This document shows, piece after piece, positions 48,627-61,134 of a stretch of 64,000 nucleotides of DNA. The number at the start of each line of letters is the position of its first letter. Within the stretch, counting starts at the first letter, position 1. Below the pieces are notes generated by a model that was given only the letters and a program-made list of their open reading frames with translations, did not search any database and was not told the origin of the DNA. Made by a program: the position numbers and the translations under genes. The DNA comes from Amphiscolops sp. MND2022 (Eukaryota), in NCBI GenBank assembly GCA_964187785.1, contig OZ076409.1, positions 10,170,001-10,234,000 on the forward strand, read 5' to 3'.

Positions 48627-51600
48627 CTAATTGTTCTTAACGGGCGACCCTGACTTAGAAGTCATTTTTTTCTTCTTACCGCAGGCATCAGGGGCAGTAG
48701 AATCTGGGAACAATGGACAGTCGATTAGTCGACGAACCACAGGGCTAGGCATATGAGGCTGATTATTCTTCTCAGGAGATTTGCTTGGAGTGCTAGCCGC
48801 ACTGGAACCCCGACTCGAATCAGACTTAGCTTTATCCTCAGTGGGCATCCAGGGTTTTCCCTCTTCCGGAGCGCTCTTACTATAATATGCCTCCAATGAT
48901 GAACGAATCTCAAGGCGTTTGAATTACCTGGAAGACAGCAAATGCCAGACAGAGAATTTACGCCTGAGAAGGAGTCCTGGCCCATGAGAAAGCAAATCCA
49001 AAATACGAGGCAGCGAATTTGGGGACAAGACTCTTGACGGCAGAAGAGAACTCATTGGCATCGGATTTGAGTCCAGGCATGGGAACAACAAATAAAGGAG
49101 GAGAGACACTGGGGTTTCGCATTAAATGCGGATCAGACGAAACAACTCGATACGACTTTGTAGTTCGTAATGGCAAGAGAAGAAGCTCACCCATTCCTTG
49201 TTGTTACAAATCTTGTCAGATCGGAATTTTGTAATTAGAGAACAATACTCGCTAACAGCCACAGGCTTGTTGTGAGGCGCAATCCATTTCTGTTGGACGA
49301 AATATCCACATAAGAGTTGAATAGAGTCCACATAATGGACTTCACTACCGCCCAGCACCACAGCTTCATCGAATGATGATAATCTTCTGGAAAATGAAGA
49401 GGTAGTCAATTCGCTAGTCAGCAGAACCTTTAGGAAACAATGGTAGAAGGAGATAACTTGGGCACTGAAACGTCTCGGAGTAGTAATCTTGCTGTCGTTG
49501 ATGAGGTTAGATAAGTCAGGATCCAGCAAGAACTCATCAACAGTCTCATAAGGCAAGGTTTCGTCGTCCATGTTGAGAAAAAGGTAATTATCCCAATCTG
49601 CAACATTCCCAAGGTGAGTGGTTGAGAAATTTGCTTGTAATTGGGAATACACGAAGACACAGAACTGATTATACAAGCGGGAGCCCCCAGAGTTTGTCTC
49701 ATGTACTTCTTTGAAGGTCGAGTTGTATTGGCTGAGGATGTTTCGCGTGACGAATAGGCGAATGACAAAGACTCGGTCCTTGATAATCAAGTCATCCATC
49801 CCAGCGGCTGAAAAAAAAACAAACGTTCAAACTATGATCAGGAGCTCGGGTGGGAGTTGAAGCCAAAAATACAAACCTCTTGCATATGAAACCGGTAAGC
49901 CGGTACACGTCTGCTGTCACGAAGATGAACAACTACTCGGTCCTAATTCGTGATCACATGGTCCAGTATGACGACAGCTTGATTCAGATCATAGTCCAGA
50001 CTAGTGATTGCCTAAAGCAAGACAATGAGAGTAGAATACAACCAATTATGAATTTCAGACACAAAGGCACGTGTGAAATATGATGAGTAAACATTATGCA
50101 ATAATGAGTAATCTTTGCACGTGTGAAAATGAAGAAACTGAGTACAAATGCAAAACAACATATCTGATGACTCAGAATGCCTAGCGATGATGATTCAGAC
50201 TTAATAATCGAGATAAAAATTTTTTCTGAGAAGACAATTATGCCGCATCATGCTGCAATTTCAAGAAGTATAACGAACAATCTGCAACGGAAAAGCAGAG
50301 ACAAAAGTCAAAAAGCACTACATTGGCGTACAAATTGGCGGAAAGAAAACGAGGATGGTCAAAAATACAAAAATCACCAAGTTCAAAAGACTGAGAAAAT
50401 TTTAGTGTAGAAATGTGAAACCCCCTGGAATCGATAAATTGGTGGTGATCTTGGAAATAAATCGGAAAAGCTCCACTTAGAAATCTAAGACATACAATAA
50501 ACACCAAATGGAAATAAAATACAAAGGATATTAACCTTCTGGAAGTCGGGCGAAGCTGTCAGCCATGTGCTCCCAATGGCATAGCGCAATCTCACTATCA
50601 GGAAATCCAGAACGCTGCGGAAATCAAAACGGTCGAAAATTTGCCCAGATGGGACTAAGAGGGCACTCTCCAAGTCTTCCGCGTCAAATTTAGGAACTGA
50701 GCAGATCTGCTGGTGCTGAGGGAGGATTCGGGAGAGTGAACAAGTAAAGCGTCGAGTGAAGCCTGTCAGAAACCGCAAATGAACATCTTTATCAAGTAGG
50801 GCCAAAAAACCACTAATTGGAGGGATGAAGACTGCGGGAGAACTCGTCCGACTCGGTTATACTGCAATGCACATACTGTGTAGTGAGTTGCCTGCCCAGA
50901 AGTGCACAGAAAGCTTCGTCTCATTTGAACATGACGCAATCCGAAGGGAATAACTCTTGGACGTCTCGATCGAATTACCACAATAAGGAAGCAGTTCACG
51001 GAACATGTGTGTTAGCATTCCCTAAACAGAAGATACATTATTTAACACGAAAATTAATTCACGGATTGGCTAACTGATGGAAGAAACTTTACTCACCAAG
51101 ACTCGATGCGGTTGCCAATCATACTGTGATATGGGTTCTGTAGTTTTAGTTTCTTGGACCAGAGTGCTACCAAAACATCTAAAGTGCCTCCATGGATGAG
51201 TCCGGTTTTGAGGAGAGTGAGTTGTGAGAGTGTCTCTTTGTCCGGTTGGTTTGTGCTTGACTCCTGCGGGGCATCCAGTTGTCCAACACGGAGGTAAAAT
51301 CACCCAGCTTGGGTGCAATGGGGTACTCTCCCTTTGCTCTCTCCTTTGCATTTTTCAAAGCCATACCGGTTAACTCGTTGCGATACTTGTCATATAGTGG
51401 CAACCCAGGAGTTTCCATCCTTATTCGATGCTCTGTCACAAGGTGGGCATCGGTTCGGTAATGGCTAAGATTTCTAGTGGTCCTTTTGTCATGAGGGAGA
51501 GCTCCACAAGACACACACGACAACGATATTTGTGAGGATACCGTGCGGCATCCGCCGGGGCAGTGACGAAATACTTGAGGATGGGGTATTTGTGGTTCAT

Positions 51601-52640
51601 CCATCCTGCCAAGGTGTGCCTCGGTTTAGCACGTTTTCCTACTTTCTTGGGGAGTAGCGTCGTTTGTCTCAAGACCTTTTTAAGCATTGTACTGGCTATC
51701 GGAGTTGGAGGGTCGCCATATCCTGATAGAATGCTCTTCGCTCGAACCCGAGCTCTAGCTTCTTCGGCTGCTTCTGATAGAAGTCGCTCTAGTCTATCTT
51801 CCCCAGTATCTTTGAGACTTTCCTGACTATGTGGAAGCGAATGAAATGGACTGACTTTGTTTTTGTCCTTGTCTTGAGGTTTATCTTTGCCGAGATTTGC
51901 CGCTGAAATGAAGCGAATGAAAGGTGACCCTTTGTTGGCCAGCAGTCCTCTCCGTAGGGGTGACTCTAGGTTTAACCTCAACCTTCTCACTTGGGGAAGC
52001 AACTGGTGCAGATCCTGAAGAACATGGTAGAACTCCGCTCACAGGTGCATTAACCAAAGGAACTATCACTTGTTGGACGCAGTCTCTAACAGACTTGCAT
52101 GATTGCTGTTCTGGTTGGCTGACTTCCGCTACAATTTCGACAAGTTCGGAGAAATTGTCTTTGATTAGAACTTGAGGGTTCAAATCAGGAGGAATGTGAC
52201 ATTCAGCCAACGCTGATCTTTGAGAATGATCCGGCAACGAGACTGATTGCTGAGTCACAGGCCCATTGTTGGTCTTCGTAAATCTTTGAAAACTGACTTG
52301 CAGTTGAGCTGGGGAAGATTTTGAAACAAATTGAACTTGAGCTGAAATCAGCAAACAAGAAGTTGATATTTCCGCCCAAAAAATTGAAAACCGGAAGTTG
52401 ACAAATCAGAAGATAGTCGGCATAAATGCAAGTCTGGCCAACTCGCATTAGAAAATCCGTGATATCACAAAAAAAAAAAACAAAATACAGTCTGACTTAG
52501 TCAGAAGAACAATCAAAAATTCAAGCTTACCGCGTAGTACTGCAGTAAAAGATGAGCGAAGATTCATCGTTGGCCTCGTCCTTTTCTTCGGGGGGGGGGG
52601 TGGTTTTCCGCCGGGAATTGGAAGATCGTGGTGCCACCAT
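48627..52640 (-). pseudogene. Spliced antisense cargo gene of element C, homologous to that of B
   Basis: Introns 51022-51096, 50012-50535, 49808-49876 and probably 52342-52530. YRCRVCLVEL...SHYRTDAH zinc finger; colinear similarity with the B gene. Ends approximate. Confidence 0.72.
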
Positions 52641-53010
52641 TTCCAATTGACCAGGTGAATTAGAAATTCTTCATGGATAATAAAAACAAACTGAAGCGTG
52701 AATAGACGGAAATTAGTTTGAATTTTACCTATGAACTACAAATTCGAAAAGTAAAGCTGAGAAGAATTGGATGGTAAAAAATGGGAGAAATTTACGACAA
52801 AATTGACTCACAAACAGATTCCACTTGACTACAAAAACAAACAAAATTGCGGCGTGGCTTACGGCTGAACAAATTCTGAGCATGACAAATTAACATATTT
52901 GCGCAAATGCCGTGCGCTGATTGGATGAGCTTGTACGGACCAATCGATTCTACCAGAATGATTGGCGTCGTAGGCGGCAGTGCTGAAACGAATTACGCAT
53001 ACATGATGCT

Positions 53011-53024
53011 CCGCCCCCTAGTGG
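53011..53024 (-). promoter_or_regulatory. CTCF-consensus motif in the divergent promoter region of element C
   Basis: CCACTAGGGGGCGG on the minus strand, with three CCAAT/ATTGG boxes at about 52920-52965. Confidence 0.45.
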
Positions 53025-53706
53025 CAGATTAGTGTCATTTGCGGAAACAGACAACATCATGCAATACGGAATTAACTGAGATTGACCTAAAACAAATCAA
53101 CACTATGTGACTACATGTTTCATTGTTATTGATTCTGACCATCATGCATCAAACATCCGACATAAATGTGCTGAAATAGAAATTATTAGGCAGTATGTAC
53201 ATGATTTAGGGAAGTGAACCAAATTAATTTCGGATTTTATCATGTGTTTTAATAAAATGTCATGTAGCTTGGTTTTATTTTATACTTTTAATGATGACAT
53301 TAGTTAGTTTGCACGTTTTGTTTTCCATAATAGGAACTGAAAAATCCCAAAAATAAGATTAGTATCTGACAGAGTTTGTTGTTCAAAGTCCCATTCATAA
53401 AATTGTTTACAATTATTTTCCAACGTTGAAACCCTGTGAAGTGTGAAGACCGAAGAAATGGACCTCAAATGGAAATCATAAGATGAATTACATTTTGTTA
53501 TGGAGCTATTAAAATGAAGAAGTAAGAATATAATCCTACGCCTCTTACGGAATTGCCGGGAAAACCACAAACTAGAAGAAAGATGACACCGAGAATTGTT
53601 TACAACACCCCTAAAACCCGGGAAAACACTCACCAACTGAAAAGGAGCGAAAAATTTTTTCTACGACTTTTCACGAAAAGGATCAGTTGCTAATTTCGAG
53701 CTCAAA

Positions 53707-54825
53707 TGGACAATAGATATCCAAAAACTTCCCATCTCTTCACAATTTTTCTACAAATTTTCCCGGGCTGATAAATATTTCGAGCGATTCTGGGGAGGAG
53801 TTTCTCACGGAGCAACCCAACTCAGAACCCATGGACCTGAGATTCAGAATCGGGGGACCACTTAATGATCCCATGACCGCATTCGTAAATGAAGATGCTG
53901 CAAGATTGTTCGCAGTAAGTGAACCTGAATTGAGAGAAGATTCTGTGATCGATATCATAGGTACCGATATCGAAAGAGAATTGCTGAGCATGATCTCAGA
54001 GGATACTGAATTGCCTAACATTTCACCGATTTCATTCTTCGAATCGAACGGAAGCAATAGTGAAGAATTGCTCTTAAATGCCAACTTCGCGAATGTCCCG
54101 AAAAACAACTATGGTAGACCTGTGTTGGCTGTTCCACCTGTAAGAGCCGAAAGACCGGCAAATACCTATACGGTCTGATGCTGACAGTAATATCCCTCCA
54201 ACTGTCGTCCAAGGAAATGGGCCGATCAGACCCATACCTATTACGTCCGTGGTAATTCCACATGAGATTCCCCAACCGAACTATACTCGCCCGTATAACG
54301 GGGGAGGAATACTGCAAACACCTATGGTAAACCAGTTCGGTGCACTGGCCGCTCAATTCTAGTTACCAAATTTAGCTGCCCAAAACATGGTACAACCCCC
54401 ATACAACCCAAGTACAGAGATACTACAACCAGATGGGCCTGTTAATGTTGCATAATATTATAATGCCAATGGTCAGTTGTACCTCAGATACCCAAGGCAC
54501 TCATAGCAATATGGAGACGGCTGATGTGGGTCCTGCTCGGAGTGACAACAATGCACAACAACAGAGGAACCCCTTACGAAGGCAACTTAACCCTCCTGTT
54601 ATGTCTCATTTTTAGGGGAATTGTCACTGGAGCGGAAGGACTTACGACGAAGTTGCTCTTGATGCTCTGGCGGCCTATACAGCTACGACTGAATATCCAG
54701 GCGAAACAGTGAGAGTTAGAAACCTCAGATCACGGGCCTATCTAGATGGGTTCGAGGCTGCACTCATTTGCTTCAAGAATGCTGGCCTGTCGCAACCTAG
54801 AATTCAACCCTGTCGCTTGCGTTGA
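53707..54825 (+). pseudogene. Degraded sense accessory ORF of element C, positional equivalent of ORF3
   Basis: INISSDSGEE precedes ORF 53831-54178; acidic/Pro-rich fragments with stops; the last piece AYLDGFEAALICFKNAGLSQPRIQPCRLR crosses the LTR boundary. Confidence 0.4.
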
Positions 54826-56295
54826 ATCCGCGGTGCAGCATTGAAGGCAAATGACTCACCCATCTGCAATAAATCCAGAGAAAACTCATGGCTTCATGGA
54901 ACTTATATAGTATGGACTCATACTTAACTTTTAATCATCAGCTATGTCTGAATTTGTTTGCTATTGTTACTAGCCATATTTATAAAACATTACTCATTCA
55001 TAAGTGATTTACCAGATGTTACATGGTGTTAACTTATTTGACGCATAACACTGTTTATCACGAATTCTTGTGAAAAGAATAAATTATACGTGGCTTTAAT
55101 GTAACATTGACGCATGCTGACTTAAGTATTTGAATTGAATTGCTGTACTAAGTTTGCAGCATATTGCAGTACAATTTCACATTTTCAATATTCCTTATCA
55201 TGACATTTGAGAGTATGATTCATCAGAACAATTTGATCACGCATGCAGTAATGTTGGAATTATCATTTGCACTATCTATGAGTCATACTACGTGTTGCCA
55301 CATTTTTCTCGTTAACGATGAACTGATTGGTACAGTTAGTGTTATGACCAATCAAAATGCAGGAAAATATTCGTCATGAGGGAATCTATTTATAGAAGTG
55401 ATGTAATTTACAAACCTATTTTTATATCAAATTGGGTACTATTTTTAGTGATTGCATAATCATGATGTAACCGTGACATTCCAAAAATTGGTGGTCATGC
55501 TGCTAAATTTAGCCCAAATCAAAAAGGAGAGTAAGAAACCCCATAATATCCATTCAACAGAAAATTTTCAGACTGATTAGACATTTCTTTCCATCCTCAC
55601 AACCTCTGTTTCAACCTTGATAACTTAACATTATGCGCATTTTCTTCAACTTTATTTCAATCTAATTTTACTTTGCTCATCATTCTAATTGAAATTCTTC
55701 CCTCTAAAACAGCATTTTACCCTGACTAAAATGGGTAACAAGAGGAATAGAAGACCTAGACGCGGACAATCACCCTCGCTTGAGAGAGAGATGAGCACAT
55801 CGGAAATAGAAACATCACAAGGTAATGAAACTGTTATCGAAACTTTGAGTAACTTTGAAAATGTTAGTTCAGTTAGGGATGAAGAAATAGCTCTAGACAG
55901 TGGAACACAAAATGAAGATGAAATGCAAATTTGGACTCAAAGAATATCAGATAAAAGGAACAAAGAAGTAGCAAACTTAAGGAAAGAAATGGATGAGAAA
56001 CTAGAGAAAATACTGAAAGAGATAAAAAATAACAGAAGAACACAATCCGTAACAAACAGACGATATCGAGAACAAAACACCCCCAGAGCAGGAACCTCAA
56101 AATACGCAAGTAATGAGGACGGTGAAGAAAACGCATCTGAGCCAGAAAATCAAGAATGTGAAATACAGGATAATCCTTTCAGGCCATCTAATTTAAACGA
56201 ACTTAGAACGCCAATGCAACCTTTGAGCATGCAAAATATTGATCTAAATGACTCTGTGGTCACAAATGAGGACCGCACAGGAGATGATTTTCACA
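54788..56295 (+). repeat. 3' LTR of element C
   Basis: Matches the 5' LTR and ends ...TTTCACA; the start is approximate. Confidence 0.85.
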
Positions 56296-56330
56296 TAATT
56301 ATATACCTATCGTTTACAATTCTACAGTAA
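55731..56330 (+). CDS. Intact LTR-encoded Gag N-terminus of element C (about 188 codons) reading out into the flank
   Basis: Open copy of the frame that is disrupted in the 5' LTR. Confidence 0.55.
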   Translation: MGNKRNRRPRRGQSPSLEREMSTSEIETSQGNETVIETLSNFENVSSVRDEEIALDSGTQNEDEMQIWTQRISDKRNKEVANLRKEMDEKLEKILKEIKNNRRTQSVTNRRYREQNTPRAGTSKYASNEDGEENASEPENQECEIQDNPFRPSNLNELRTPMQPLSMQNIDLNDSVVTNEDRTGDDFHIIIYLSFTILQ

Positions 56331-58990
56331 ATATAAGCAAATATAAGTAAGTATAAATAAATGACATTTAAATGAATATTTTAAGTTATTGGCCATGTAA
56401 TTAAACTACGTGGTGATTTTGGCATGTTGGTTAGGTGGGCTATAAAGCATGTTTACACAATGTAAATATCATTAATTTCAACAGAGTTGCTTTTCGTTCA
56501 AGGTCATATGAGAAAATCACATTATAATTAATACATCAAAATTGGGTTTTCATGGGGTCCGACATAGGTCACATTGGGTGTTAATTGCTCGGAACCCAGG
56601 GGTGATACGAGGTAGTGTGGTTCGAGTGGAAAGTTGAGTTAGCATCTCTAGTATATACATTCTAAGTTTCGGGGTGACTGCATGAGTCCTTCTGAAAAAA
56701 GGGGGTGTATTTGCCTGCATCATTTATTTTGGTTTAAATTGTAATTTTCCAACTAGAATCCTGATGAGATTTCTGAGTGTTTTGAGTTATAAGTTTCATC
56801 AGTCACGTTCGAATTTGAGTTTCTGATCTCGCAATTGACTGGCGCCAACATTCTCGTTTTGTTATTTAGATCAGTATGGAAATTTCAGAAGCCGAAACCG
56901 GAAGTTAGAAAAATGGTCGCGTGTGAAAACATTGAACCGGAAGTTTTATTTTGCCTAAAAATCACTTTGAATATCTTACGTTGTGCTTACGTTCATTGAA
57001 AATTCTTCCGCCTTAATACATTGTCGCGGTACAGTTTAAGAGAACAAGGTAAGGTGTTTACTTTTTAAAGGCTCCATGGCCGAGACCAGAGGCGAGTTTG
57101 TGCAACCCTTCGTGACAGTTGCCACACCGACCGGGAGCGGGTCGTGACACTTGTTGATGTCAAGAATCAAGCCCGTTCAGTGCTGCTCAGAAATCGAGCT
57201 TCTCGACCACTCAGCTATCTTGCTTCGAAAACAAGATTTGGTTTATGAACTATCATGTGTCTAGAGCATCCTCCATCAACCACCAACGCTCTAATCACTG
57301 TTCCTACAACCTGCTGACACCACAACCTCAACAAGGGATTTTCATAAAAGATCGTATAAAATTGCGTCGTAATTGGAATCACGAGATGGAATATTGAAAA
57401 GTTAACATTTTGAAAAGCCTGTCGATGCAAAGCGAAAGCAAATCAAGCACAATTGAGTCTGTCTGGCAAGAAAGTTGATTGCTACATATACATGCTGATA
57501 AGTTTCTGCTTTGCCAAGAATATCGAACGAAGCACGATGTTAAGCTAGTAAACAGTTGCGTGCGTTCTGTTGTAAGTAGTGTGTAATCGACTGAACGTTT
57601 GAAGCATTGAAGCTACGATACCGTTTCGAAACTTACCGTTAATGCAGAAACACCAGAGAAATATGTCATCGATTGACACAACGATTTCGTTCCAAAAGAA
57701 GGAAGGTCAATTTACCGAGACTTTGTAACTCCAGGTCGCAAAAATTCACCTTGCGAATCCGCAAAAAACTAATTTGCAATGGTTTTTCTAACTTTTATTC
57801 AATAATCTACTCATCAACTCTCCAGAGAGCTGTCTAATTACTGTTGATATCGTTTGCGTTTCTAGGAGTTGCAAACAGATTATAAAAACTGAGAAACAAA
57901 TTACGTACTTTGTCATTTAGTCATATCTCGACCAATCTCGCTAAGTTTCTCAGATCCCAAACATACGAATTTTGAGGTCATTGCACACATAGGACCCTAA
58001 CATGGCGTTCAATGATTGTTGAAACTTTCGTTCGATTCGCATTGACAGTTTCTGAAAATTGAAAAAAGTCCGAAAATGACAGTATTTTTATCATTTTTGG
58101 ACTGGTTTTGGCTGTTCCTCATATCCCAGTCATTCGATTTTGATGCCATTGCACAAACAGGACCCTAATAAAGAGTAGCATGAATGCTTAGAAATCCGTT
58201 CGAATTGTGAGGACAGCGAAAATCGAAAAAAAAATTTGAAACGTGTGTTTTTTGGTCTTTATAGGACTATTTTCGGCTATATTTCTCAAATCCCAGCCAT
58301 GCGATGTTGGTGTCATTGTGCAGACAGGAACAATTTTCGGAACAAAAGAATGGCCCTGCTAAGTTTTTTTAAAAATCGTTCAGACAGTTTCCTGAAACTT
58401 TCATTGGAAAGTCGTGAGAAAAAGGTACGATTAAATATGTAATAAATGGAGACTAAGCATTGAATTGAAGTGGATAAAATAGTAGCTAAATATTTAATGA
58501 AATTTGAGTTGCCTCTTTTAGCAGCTGCTACAACATTATCAAACGTCATCTTTGAGTACTTTAAATTGTTGCTTGTTGCTTCTTTCAGAAATTAATTATT
58601 TATATTTGTTCGAAGTCATCGAAATCGATGTTTCTGTTCACTTTAATAGCTGTATTTTCTGTTGTGGTTTCGCAAACTTCCATTCTGATTCTGTTTGTTA
58701 CTATCAAATGAGGGAATCAACCGCTTGAATGCTTCTGTTGTTTTGAGCTTCTGTTGTTTCAAAGATGATATCTGTGAAACGAATTTCCAGCGCACAGTTG
58801 GCTCATTGTTTTATACAGACAAAAAGCTTTTGCTTCTGCAACTGCTCCATCATTTGTTCGTTCACGACATTCACCAACAAAGGCGAACTTCATGCTCAGT
58901 TCAATTGATCGTTATACCCTCTTCTGTTACCGTCGAAAAATGTTCGACTTAATAGACAATAAGCCCATTGTTTCTCAGAAGACAGGAGTT

Positions 58991-59911
58991 ATGTTTTGGA
59001 TCATCAGCGTTTGTGTAACATTTACTCTTGTTGCAAAAACAGTGACAGGAGATACCAATACCTTTCGTTCCACGGCATTCGAAGACCCAATAAATGGGAA
59101 ACGTTTGGACGCAGGAAAAGTTATTGAAACACGACAAGAAGCATCGAGTACAAAATGCGCTCTAGCTTGTTCTAAAAACGATGACTGCCTTTCGTTCGGT
59201 TTTTGTGGAGAAACCTCTTGCGAATTATACAATGAAGACATTTTTTCAACAGAGCATGGAGAGAACATTCTAGAAGAAGATGCAAACTGTAAATATTCTG
59301 GGATGAAGAAGGAATCTAAGCCAATATGCCAGCAAGATGGTGTGTTTGCAGACATACAGGGTGACGATGGAAAAAGTGAGTTTTGTCTAATAAGTGGTAA
59401 GCGAGTTGATACAGTGTGGGGCCAATGGGGAGGGGAAGAAACAGTATACGACCCTCCTGATTGGAAGTTAGTAAACAGGAGAGAGACTGTTATTGAAGCA
59501 GCCCATGAGGGACTTCTTGACTTGGGAGATTCTGAGCGAGCTTTAGTTTGGATCAAGTTTGTAGATCAAGAGATGACATGGGAGGATGCAAAAGCAAATT
59601 GCGAAACTTTGGGTGGAACATTGTTCTCCAGAGTAGATGGAACTGAGGAGCAATTAGAGTTCTTGCTACAGAAAATGAATGGAAAGAGACACTGGTTAGG
59701 GATCTACACTGAGGATCACATACTCTGGAAATCGGTGAAGGATGATATCGTCAGCTCAACGTTACTGCATTGGAAAACTGGGCAGCCAAACAATGTAGGA
59801 AATCAACAAAGATACGTCGCTAACCACCCTGCGTGGGAAAGAGTTCCTTTCATTGGTTTGGCTGATGACGAAAACTCAAATGTCAAGAGGTCAGTTTGCG
59901 ACATGTTGTGA
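58991..59911 (+). CDS. Secreted PAN/Apple + C-type lectin domain protein, paralogue of 8471-9421
   Basis: Signal-like MFWIISVCVTFTLVAKTVTG (the ORF is open from 58892); CALACSKNDDCLSFGFC; CQQDGVFADIQ shared with the paralogue; MTWEDAKANCETLGG, HWLGI, WKTGQPNN, VCD. Confidence 0.85.
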   Translation: MFWIISVCVTFTLVAKTVTGDTNTFRSTAFEDPINGKRLDAGKVIETRQEASSTKCALACSKNDDCLSFGFCGETSCELYNEDIFSTEHGENILEEDANCKYSGMKKESKPICQQDGVFADIQGDDGKSEFCLISGKRVDTVWGQWGGEETVYDPPDWKLVNRRETVIEAAHEGLLDLGDSERALVWIKFVDQEMTWEDAKANCETLGGTLFSRVDGTEEQLEFLLQKMNGKRHWLGIYTEDHILWKSVKDDIVSSTLLHWKTGQPNNVGNQQRYVANHPAWERVPFIGLADDENSNVKRSVCDML

Positions 59912-60696
59912 TGTCTGCAGGAACTGGCCGAGGTGTGACAGTTGTAAGATATAGAAAAAAAACTGATCAAAATGTTGATTTCATTCCCAATTTTCCTATT
60001 TATAGCCGGTACTACTGATTTCTACTAATGATTTGATGGAACCTAGAAAACTGGAAATACCTTCATTTAAAATGTTTGTCCCTTATACTGTTTTTCGAAG
60101 CAAGTCATGAACGACAAAAAGCGGCGGCCCGCTTAAGGGTTAAAAAAACAGTATCGGCAGGTGCTATGGTCTAAACCCCAATATCTGCTTGGCATGATAA
60201 AGCTCAAAATCTGAAATCTTCAACGTTATATCCGCCTATTGTAAATATACACTCTACATATCGGAGAAGAGTAAGAGCAACTGAGATGAATGAACATCTT
60301 GGTATTAGCTAGGTTCTAAACCCAATCTCTGCTTAGCAGCAAGAGACAAAACTAACCTGAAAAAGCACAAAATTCGAACATTTTTAGCTCCGTTTTGCAT
60401 TCACCCCTTTAAAATCTTTCAGCGAACTATTTTTTAGAGGAAACCGAACACTCGATTACTTTCAGTCAATTTAGTTCCTAGGGAGTTAGAGAAATAACAT
60501 CCGGCGCTGTTAGGTGAGATTTATAAATTTTATAGAAGTGGACATTTCAGGGCGACTGATCAAAAAATTTATCATTTTAAGAGTCATTATCATTTTTGCT
60601 AAAAAGCGCCGACGACAAACACTTAAAATGGAAAGACTTCTTGATCGTACTCCGGAAGTACTTGAAACAAAATTTTCCAAGAGTACAGGAAAAACA

Positions 60697-61134
60697 TCAC
60701 AGAGTTAGAAGAGATGTACATGAACTTCTAGTTTTTGAGTTTACGTAAAGGTACCTGTTACGACTATTTATCGGTGTTGTTTTAGAGTTAGCCGCATTGT
60801 GAGTTTTGACTGGGGTAGACGTCCTTGGTACGGAAACATTCTCCGTTTCAGAGTCAGAGTCTTGAACATTCACGTGGCCAGTTTGTTTCTTGTTTAAAGG
60901 CGCTATCAGTTTAAGCATTTCCTTTTGATTTTCCGCAAGTATTTTAGTCAGATCAGACATAATCTCCTTTCTTAGTGACGTTTTTATCTCAGCCAAGCCC
61001 TCTGGTTCTATCCTAGGAATCTTGCTGGAACTTGCTACAAGGGTATCAGGCGGAAAGTTTTCGGTTACAGAGGTTTCGAAATCACCAGAGACTAACTCAG
61101 CTACGATTTTCCTTTTCTGGCTTCTAGTTGTCAT
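60697..61134 (-). CDS. LTR-encoded Gag N-terminus of element E reading out into the flank
   Basis: MTTRSQKRKIVAELVSG...TTPINSRN then flank-derived RYLYV. Confidence 0.55.
   Translation of the reverse strand: MTTRSQKRKIVAELVSGDFETSVTENFPPDTLVASSSKIPRIEPEGLAEIKTSLRKEIMSDLTKILAENQKEMLKLIAPLNKKQTGHVNVQDSDSETENVSVPRTSTPVKTHNAANSKTTPINSRNRYLYVNSKTRSSCTSLLTL

Larger units (their letters stand above)
44330..56295 (+). mobile_element. Element C: Ty3/Gypsy LTR retrotransposon with internal deletion of PR/RT/RH
   Basis: LTR pair 44330-45825 and 54788-56295, PBS, gag, integrase homologous to B. The 5' terminus and TSD are imperfect. Confidence 0.9.
35292..56850 (-). mobile_element. Bel/Pao LTR retrotransposon, degenerate
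   Basis: TSD TTCTC (35287-35291 and 56851-56855); LTR TGTTGGCGCC...GTTACA; Pao-type gag, protease, RT, RNase H and integrase remnants. Confidence 0.93.
43946..56850 (-). repeat. Bel/Pao 5' LTR split by element C (pieces 43946-44329 and 56296-56850)
   Basis: The two pieces concatenate to match 35292-36219. Confidence 0.9.
33168..57149 (-). mobile_element. Solo LTR B2 (diverged relative of LTR B), interrupted by nested insertions; LTR pieces 33168-35291 and 56856-57149
   Basis: Minus-strand start TGTCACGACCCGCTCCCGGTCG at 57149, end ...TGTAACA at 33168, TSD CTTGT (33163-33167 and 57150-57154). Confidence 0.88.

Noticed and set aside
57980..58260. Direct repeats GCACA...AGGACCCTAA, and repeats at 60170-60340
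   Set aside because: Probably fragments of other interspersed repeats, but termini and TSDs could not be defined.
60120..60145. piggyBac-like end AAGGG-TTAA
   Set aside because: No matching opposite terminus found in the window.
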